Below are positions 26,203 to 32,000 of a stretch of DNA of 32,000 bases, piece by piece; the first letter of the stretch is position 1, and every line of letters starts with the position of its first letter. The DNA is from Archaeoglobus fulgidus DSM 4304 (GTDB lineage Archaea; Halobacteriota; Archaeoglobi; Archaeoglobales; Archaeoglobaceae): NCBI RefSeq assembly GCF_000008665.1, contig NC_000917.1:2010001-2042000 (forward strand), given 5' to 3'. Position numbers and translations under genes: made by a program. The notes below the pieces were generated by a model that did not search any database, was not told where the DNA came from, and saw nothing but the letters and a program-made list of their open reading frames with translations.

Positions 26203-28179
26203 ATGGATGTAAGGGAGAGAATAAAAACCGTTGCAGTTCTCGGTGCCGGGCTGATGGGACACGGAATTGCTGAAGTCTGCGCGATGGCGGGCTACAACGT
26301 GACAATGAGGGACATCAAGCAGGAGTTTGTTGACAGAGGAATGAACATGATAAAGGAGAGCCTTGCGAAGCTCGAGCAGAAGGGCAAAATAAAGAGCGCC
26401 GAAGAAGTCCTTTCCAGAATAAAGCCAACAGTAGATCTGGAGGAGGCTGTTAAGGATGCCGACTTGGTTATAGAGGCAGTTCCAGAAGTGGTTGAAATCA
26501 AGAAGCAGGTCTGGGAGGAGGTTGACAAGCTGGCAAAGCCGGACTGCATCTTCACCTCCAACACCTCAACAATGAGAATAACCATGCTCGCAGACTTCAC
26601 CTCAAGGCCGGAGAAGTTTGCAGGCCTGCACTTCTTCAACCCGCCAGTCTTGATGAGGCTGGTTGAGGTTATAAGGGGAGAGAAGACCAGCGACGAGGTA
26701 ATGGATTTGCTTGTTGAGTTCGTGAAGAGCATTGGTAAGACGCCTGTGAGAGTGGAGAAGGACGTGCCAGGGTTCATAGTCAACAGAGTGCAGGCTCCCG
26801 CGAGCGTTCTGCTGATGGCCATCCTCGAGAAGGGCATAGCGACACCTGAGGAAGTTGACGCCACCGTAAGAAGGCTCGGACTTCCGATGGGGCCCTTCGA
26901 GCTTGTTGACTACACGGGAGTTGACATCCTCTACAACGCCCTGAAGTACTACGCCCAGACAATAAGCCCCGACTACGAGCCGCCAAAGTTCCTGGAGGAG
27001 ATGGTGAAAGCGAACAAGCTCGGAAGAAAGACCGGACAGGGATTCTACGACTGGAGCAAGGGCAGACCGCAAATCGACTCGAGCAAGGCAACAGACAAAA
27101 TCAACCCGATGGACTTCACCTTTGTCGAAATCAATGAAGCCGTAAAGCTCGTCGAAATGGGTGTTGCCACACCCCAGGACATAGACACGGCGATAAAGCT
27201 CGGCCTCAACAGACCCTTCGGCCCCTTTGAGCTGGCGAAGCAGTTTGGAGCGGAGCAGATTGCGAAGAGGCTCGAGGAGCTTGCAAAGCAGTTCGGAAAG
27301 AAGATTTTCGAGCCAGCAAAGACTCTGAAGGAGGGGAAACTTGAGGAACTGTTGAAGGCGGGAAAGGCTGAGGCTGAGGAGAAAAAAGAGGACGAGTTCA
27401 AGACCATCAAGATTGAAAAGCTCGATGGAGGGATAACGAAGCTCGTGCTGAACAGACCTGACAGGCTAAACACGATCTCCCCAGAAGTTCTGGATGAGAT
27501 CGATAGGGCGATTACGCAGCTATGGAACGATAAAGACACGAGGGTCATCGTCATCACAGGTGCTGGAGACAGAGCCTTCTCCGCAGGAGCAGACCTTGGA
27601 GGGAGCATCATAACGCACCCCTTCGACTTCCTTGAGCACAACAGGAAGGGAGAGAGAGTTTTCACAAGGCTAAGGGAGATTCCGAAACCAGTCATTGCAG
27701 CAATAAACGGCTACGCCCTTGGTGGTGGTTTGGAGATTGCGATGAACTGCGACATTAGGCTGGCTAAGAAGTCTGCTGTTCTCGGCCTTCCAGAGGTTGG
27801 GCTGGGCATACTGCCCGGCTGGAGCGGAACTCAGAGATTGGTGAAGCTCGTTGGCATAAGCAGGGCAATGCAGCTTGCCTTAACCGGAGAGAGAATCACC
27901 GCAGAGGAGGCAGAGAGATGGGGGCTGGTTAACAAAGTCTTTGATGACGACAAGTTCGAGGAGGAGGTAATGAACTACGCCAAGAACATCGCAGAGCGCT
28001 GCGCCCCGATTTCGATGGCCCTCATCAAGAGGCTCATCAACAAGGGCGGAGAGGTGCCGATGGACATCGGCCTTGAGTGGGAGTGCACTGCAGCAGGTCT
28101 GCTTTTCGCAACAGAGGACATGAGAGAGGGAATCTCAGCCTTCCTGAGGAAGGACAAGCCCCAGTTCAAGGGGCGCTAA
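26203..28179 (+). CDS. Fused 3-hydroxyacyl-CoA dehydrogenase / enoyl-CoA hydratase
   Basis: N-terminal HCDH (VAVLGAGLMGHGIAEVCAMAGYNVTMRD...HFFNPPVLMRLVEVI) and C-terminal crotonase domain (AFSAGADLGG...INGYALGGGLEIAMNCDIRLAKKSAVLGLPEVGLGILPGWSGTQRL). Start moved to ATG 26203 given a TATA-like element around 26162. Confidence 0.95.
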   Translation: MDVRERIKTVAVLGAGLMGHGIAEVCAMAGYNVTMRDIKQEFVDRGMNMIKESLAKLEQKGKIKSAEEVLSRIKPTVDLEEAVKDADLVIEAVPEVVEIKKQVWEEVDKLAKPDCIFTSNTSTMRITMLADFTSRPEKFAGLHFFNPPVLMRLVEVIRGEKTSDEVMDLLVEFVKSIGKTPVRVEKDVPGFIVNRVQAPASVLLMAILEKGIATPEEVDATVRRLGLPMGPFELVDYTGVDILYNALKYYAQTISPDYEPPKFLEEMVKANKLGRKTGQGFYDWSKGRPQIDSSKATDKINPMDFTFVEINEAVKLVEMGVATPQDIDTAIKLGLNRPFGPFELAKQFGAEQIAKRLEELAKQFGKKIFEPAKTLKEGKLEELLKAGKAEAEEKKEDEFKTIKIEKLDGGITKLVLNRPDRLNTISPEVLDEIDRAITQLWNDKDTRVIVITGAGDRAFSAGADLGGSIITHPFDFLEHNRKGERVFTRLREIPKPVIAAINGYALGGGLEIAMNCDIRLAKKSAVLGLPEVGLGILPGWSGTQRLVKLVGISRAMQLALTGERITAEEAERWGLVNKVFDDDKFEEEVMNYAKNIAERCAPISMALIKRLINKGGEVPMDIGLEWECTAAGLLFATEDMREGISAFLRKDKPQFKGR

Positions 28180-28470
28180 CCTTTTATTTTTAAATTTTCG
28201 CTAAGCTCAAGCATCCTTTCAGCAAGCTTGTCCGAAATTCTGAAGGGGTCCCTGTATGTATTAAGCTCTGATATCACACTGTCAAACTGCTTTAGCACAT
28301 CCAGATTTGTAGTCAAAAGTTTCTCCCATGCTTTCCAGCTCCCACCTGCTAAGCTCGAATTTAGTGTACATGTATGAGGCAACGCTTTTCATTTCCATAT
28401 AATGCCACCAGTAGGAGAGAGCAAAGGTTAAGGATACGGCTACCAGGAGGGCTAGTAAGCACTTGCGCAT
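28176..28470 (-). CDS. Small exported/membrane-anchored protein, apparently frameshifted
   Basis: MRKCLLALLVAVSLTFALSYWWHYMEMKSVASYMYTKFELSRWELESMGE (frame of 28470) followed by KLLTTNLDVLKQFDSVISELNTYRDPFRISDKLAERMLELSENLKIKG* (frame of 28382). Confidence 0.55.
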
Positions 28471-28524
28471 ATAACCTTGTGGAGTATTTAAAAAGTTTAA
28501 AAAACATCCTTGATCGGAAAAATT

Positions 28525-29742
28525 TTAAGTGTAGGCTGAGAACCCTTTTCCGAGCAACTCTCTTCCCACTATGAGCTTCTGAATCTCCGTTGTGCCGTCT
28601 GGGATCGTCATCACCCTCGCATCTCTGAAGTAGCGCTCCAGCGGATACTCATCGCTCAACCCAAGCCCGCCGTGAATCTGAATGGCGTTGTAGGTAACCT
28701 CCACACAACCCTCGCACGCGTAGCCCTTTGCCAGAGAGGACATGTATCTCGCCTTTGGGTCTCCTTTCTGAATCATGTAGAGAGCCTTATAGCCCAGCAA
28801 CCTTGATGATTCGGTGATTGCAGCCATCTTGTAGAGCATGTCCTGAATAAGCTGGAACTTTCCTATTGGCTTTCCAAAGGCCTTTCTCTGTCTTGCATAG
28901 GCAATTGATGCGTCGAGCGCGGCTTGAGAAATACCGGTTGCCATCAAAGCCATTCCGGAGCGCATAAGGCAGAACACCGCGCTCAGCGGAGACATGTAGG
29001 CGTAGAGCTTCGAGATTGATGCCGCTATGGGCAATGCCTCAACCATGCCTCCCGAACTGAGAGCTTTCTGAATCATTACGCTCAAAGCGTTGTCTTTTGG
29101 AACCCTGCAGTTTCTCAGATAAATCTCCCCTGTCGGCGCTGCTCTCCATCCGAGCTTGTGGAGTTCGCTAGTCTCGAAGGGGGAGTTCACCTGGTCAACG
29201 AGGAACATGTCCTGCATTCTCATCTCCCTGTTTGTTGCAACAACTAAAGCAACATCAGCAACTGTTGCGTTGCTTATCCAGGTTTTTGTTCCGTTCAGAA
29301 CCCACTCATCACCGTCAAGCTCTGCTGTAGTTTTCAGCTTGGTCGTGTCGCTACCCGCTTCAGGCTCCGTCGCTGCAAGACAACCTATTAGCTGGTTTTT
29401 CTCCAGCTTTGGCATCATGGCATCCTTTGTCTGGTCTGAGGCGAGGTTCACGAAAACAACGGGGAATGACATGCCGAGAACAACATTCAGGCTCGCCCAG
29501 ACCCTGCTTATCTCCTCGCTTGCGATTCCGTAGTAGAATGGGTCTTCGAAGTAAACGGAGAGGCTTTCAGGATCGTAGCCGATGCCGAGCTTCCTGAACT
29601 TAGCGAAGAACTCAAGAACCTCTCCCTTCGACAAAGGACCTTTCCTGTCCCTCTCGTCCGCGATCGGCTCAACTTCCTTCGCCAGAAATTCCCTCAAGCT
29701 GTCTCTAAAGAGCCTGTGCTCCTGACTCAACTCCATCTCCAT
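28525..29742 (-). CDS. Acyl-CoA dehydrogenase
   Basis: MEMELSQEHRLFRDSLREFLAKEVEPIADE...CLAATEPEAGSDTTKLKTTAELDGDEWVLNGTKTWISNA...YNAIQIHGGLGLSDEYPLERYFRDARVMTIPDGTTEIQKLIVGREL. Confidence 0.95.
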   Translation of the reverse strand: MEMELSQEHRLFRDSLREFLAKEVEPIADERDRKGPLSKGEVLEFFAKFRKLGIGYDPESLSVYFEDPFYYGIASEEISRVWASLNVVLGMSFPVVFVNLASDQTKDAMMPKLEKNQLIGCLAATEPEAGSDTTKLKTTAELDGDEWVLNGTKTWISNATVADVALVVATNREMRMQDMFLVDQVNSPFETSELHKLGWRAAPTGEIYLRNCRVPKDNALSVMIQKALSSGGMVEALPIAASISKLYAYMSPLSAVFCLMRSGMALMATGISQAALDASIAYARQRKAFGKPIGKFQLIQDMLYKMAAITESSRLLGYKALYMIQKGDPKARYMSSLAKGYACEGCVEVTYNAIQIHGGLGLSDEYPLERYFRDARVMTIPDGTTEIQKLIVGRELLGKGFSAYT

Positions 29743-29823
29743 TTTATCACCGGAACACACAATACAAAAGATTTTATTAATTTTACGCTATTTTTTGTGA
29801 AAGATTGTTATGGTGATAATGTT

Positions 29824-30711
29824 TCAAACGAGTAGCAGTAGAACTACAAAAAATATATCGAGAATTAGCGTTACAATGGAATTTAGTAGAACAATTTTTA
29901 CACCAAACCCGCCAAAAAGGGAGAGGTGCATCGGGAGCGAGTGCTTGACCGACCTCGTTGAGAAGCTAATGACGTTTCCGAGAATCAGCCCGATAACCGC
30001 CCACTTCCACTCCAAGCCCGCATCAATGAAGCTCGCTGCTGTGACAACTGCGGAGCGTATGTTGAAGAACTCAACGATGGCAATTGTGACAGCCTCCGCC
30101 CTAAAGGGCAGAAACTTCAGGGATTCGGCCATAAGGTCGAACACACCAAGCTGGGAGAGCAAGGAGACTATGAAGTATGTTGCAGCCATAACTGCGCCTA
30201 TTCTAACCACGTTCTGGGAAACAGAGAGGGGACTTAGCTCTGGAGCGCTCGTATCGCTGTTTTTCCGGCTTCTCGACAAAAGCAATCCTATGAGCGATTT
30301 AATCGCAGCAACCGCAAATCTCACTGCGGTGTAAACCACTCCGGCAAATCCCAGAACTGGGATAACGAAGGGGATGAAGTAAGCGTACAGGTGGCTGAAA
30401 ACGCTTGGAAAGGAGTTTAGAAAGGATATGGCAATGACCTCTCTATCATCAACCTTTTTCTCCCTCCAAGCCTGGGAGAGCATTGAGTAGCTTGCTGTCG
30501 GGCTGACGAAGCAGGTGGCGAAGCTTATCACCGCGAACTCGCTCACGCCGAATTTTCTTAAAGCTGGCTGGAGGAAAAGGGCGAATCTCTCAAGGTATCC
30601 CTTCTTTATAGAGTAGCTCACCGCGTAAATGGCTATTACGACGACAGGAAGGCTTTTGATTAGGAATGCTGCTGTGGAGTAAGCTGCCTTGCCGACGGCG
30701 GATTCAATCAT
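29824..30711 (-). CDS. Membrane protein with nucleoside-recognition (Gate)-like domain
   Basis: 295 aa, multiple TM, SFATCFVSPTASYSMLSQAWREKKVDDREVIAISFLNSFPSVFSHLYAYFIPFVIPVLG. Overlaps the UDG gene by 4 nt (ATGA). Confidence 0.75.
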   Translation of the reverse strand: MIESAVGKAAYSTAAFLIKSLPVVVIAIYAVSYSIKKGYLERFALFLQPALRKFGVSEFAVISFATCFVSPTASYSMLSQAWREKKVDDREVIAISFLNSFPSVFSHLYAYFIPFVIPVLGFAGVVYTAVRFAVAAIKSLIGLLLSRSRKNSDTSAPELSPLSVSQNVVRIGAVMAATYFIVSLLSQLGVFDLMAESLKFLPFRAEAVTIAIVEFFNIRSAVVTAASFIDAGLEWKWAVIGLILGNVISFSTRSVKHSLPMHLSLFGGFGVKIVLLNSIVTLILDIFFVVLLLLV

Positions 30712-31307
30712 AGGTAATCAAAGAGCGTGGGCTGCTTTTTTCCGCACAGCTCGCCGATCTTCTTGAAGTCGCTCTCGTACTCCTCCCTTAGCTGAGGTCG
30801 GTAGAGAACGGCTGCGGGATGGTAAATTGCGATAACCTTCACCTTTTTGCCCCACCTCTCCACCTCGTAAACCTTGCCCTTTACTCTGGAAATCGTCGTG
30901 AATTCGAGGTCGAAAAGGTTGAAGATGAACTGAGCCGCAAACCGCCCGAGACAGACGATTACGTTCGGTCTGATTGCTTCAAGCTGCCTCACAAGGTAAT
31001 CTCCGCACTTTTCAACCTCCTCCGGAGTTGGGTCGCGGTTGTTGGGGGGTCGGCACTTGAGCACGTTGGTTATGTAAACGTCCTCCCTCCTCAAGCCGAT
31101 TGAAGCCAGCATCTCCGTCAGAAGCTTTCCGGCAGCACCGACAAACGGCTCCCCCTTTAAGTCCTCATCTCTGCCGGGAGCTTCTCCCACAAAAACGATT
31201 TCGGCCTTCTCATTTCCCACTCCAGGAACGTAGTTCGTTTTCGTTTTGTGGAGGTCGCATTTCCTGCAGCTCATGATTTCCCGGACTATGTCGTCCAGAG
31301 ACTCCAT
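30708..31307 (-). CDS. udg: Type-4 (family 4) uracil-DNA glycosylase
   Basis: 199 aa: CRKCDLHKTKTNYVPGVGNEKAEIVFVGEAPGRDEDLKGEPFVGAAGKLLTEML...YITNVLKCRPPNNRDPTPEEVEKCGDYL...AIYHPAAVLYR, Fe-S cysteines included. Confidence 0.97.
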   Translation of the reverse strand: MESLDDIVREIMSCRKCDLHKTKTNYVPGVGNEKAEIVFVGEAPGRDEDLKGEPFVGAAGKLLTEMLASIGLRREDVYITNVLKCRPPNNRDPTPEEVEKCGDYLVRQLEAIRPNVIVCLGRFAAQFIFNLFDLEFTTISRVKGKVYEVERWGKKVKVIAIYHPAAVLYRPQLREEYESDFKKIGELCGKKQPTLFDYL

Positions 31308-31356
31308 CGCTCTAATGTTTAAGGCAAATTAAAATAGTTTGCTGATAAGAAGTTTT

Positions 31357-32000
31357 GTGGAGGCATCCCTTTACAGTAGAGTTGGGGACAAAGTGGTTTG
31401 CCAGCTATGCTGGAGATTCTGCAAGCTGGGGGATGGAGAGGAGGGACACTGCAGGGTGAGGAGAAACGAAGGGGGGAAAATTTTTACCACAACCTACGGC
31501 AAACTCAGCCACCTCGAAAGCAGACCGATCGAGATTAAGCCGTTCTTTCACTTCCTCCCCGGCTCCACCAGCATGACCTTCTCGACGTACTCGTGCAACT
31601 TTGACTGCCCCTGGTGCCAGAACTGGAGCATTTCCAAAGCAACCCCTCCGGAAGCGCTGAGGGAGACGAGCCCCGAAGAGGTGGTTGATTTGGCGCTGAT
31701 TATGGGGGATAAAAGTACCTGCGCAAGCCTGAACGAGCCGACCCTGCTTTACGAATACCTTCTTGACGTTTTCAGGCTTGCAAGGGAGAAGGGGCTGAAG
31801 AACACGATGGTCAGCAACGGCTACATGTCGATTTTAGCGTTGAAAAATTTGAAAAATGCTGGACTTGATGCTATAAACATTGACGTAAAGGGGGATGAGA
31901 GGGTTTACAGGGATTACTGCAATGCAGAAGTTGAGTATGTTTGGAGGGTGATCGAGAAAGCCACCAAACTGGGAATACATGTAGAGGTCGTTTGCCTGCT
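31357..32000 (+). CDS. Radical SAM protein (PflA/AmmeMemoRadiSam-associated-like), 3' truncated by window and with an apparent +1 frameshift
   Basis: Frame 1: VEASLYSRVGDKVVCQLCWRFCKLGDGEEGHCRVRRNEGG. Frame 2 continues KIFTTTYGKLSHLESRPIEIKPFFHFLPGSTSMTFSTYSCNFDCPWCQNWSIS..., with the CxxxCxxC radical SAM motif. Confidence 0.88.
   Translation, partial: MEASLYSRVGDKVVCQLCWRFCKLGDGEEGHCRVRRNEGGKIFTTTYGKLSHLESRPIEIKPFFHFLPGSTSMTFSTYSCNFDCPWCQNWSISKATPPEALRETSPEEVVDLALIMGDKSTCASLNEPTLLYEYLLDVFRLAREKGLKNTMVSNGYMSILALKNLKNAGLDAINIDVKGDERVYRDYCNAEVEYVWRVIEKATKLGIHVEVVCL

Noticed and set aside
1-32000. CRISPR array, IS element or rRNA operon
   Set aside because: No regularly spaced direct repeats, transposase motifs, terminal inverted repeats or rRNA signatures were seen anywhere in the window.

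Overview
Archaeal window, 32 kb. From recognised proteins and gene order I believe it is Archaeoglobus fulgidus; this is recollection, not a database hit. Coding density is high and most of the window is housekeeping or metabolic: Hel308 helicase (5' cut by the window edge), an Fes-domain Fe-S protein divergent from an ArsP-type permease plus redox mini-thioredoxin, a receiver-only response regulator, pyrC, a CinA-like protein, argG, mobB, a DEAD-box helicase, alaS, cofE plus an orphan ATP-grasp enzyme, an MFS exporter, tiaS, a translin/C3PO-like gene, taw1, small unknown proteins, a PaaI-like thioesterase, hisH, an MBL hydrolase, nitroreductase, an acetoacetate-decarboxylase-like protein, an Mrp/NBP35 ATPase, an ArsR/FilR-like regulator, a compact FAD protein, a fused 3-hydroxyacyl-CoA dehydrogenase/enoyl-CoA hydratase, acyl-CoA dehydrogenase, a membrane Gate-domain protein, type-4 UDG and a 3'-truncated radical SAM protein. 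There are two tRNA genes: Lys(CTT) on + and a CAT tRNA on - that looks like tRNA-Ile2. The most notable signals are: (1) taw1 - translin/C3PO-like - tiaS as an overlapping operon, with the probable TiaS substrate tRNA about 1.6 kb away; (2) two unannotated toxin-antitoxin fossils (a RelE/ParE-like remnant and a collapsed HicA/HicB remnant), each next to a tRNA; (3) three apparent single-base frameshifts in otherwise intact genes (Hel308, a small secreted/membrane protein, a radical SAM enzyme); (4) an AT-rich palindrome array in the permease/Fe-S protein divergent promoter. No CRISPR array, rRNA or intact mobile element was seen.
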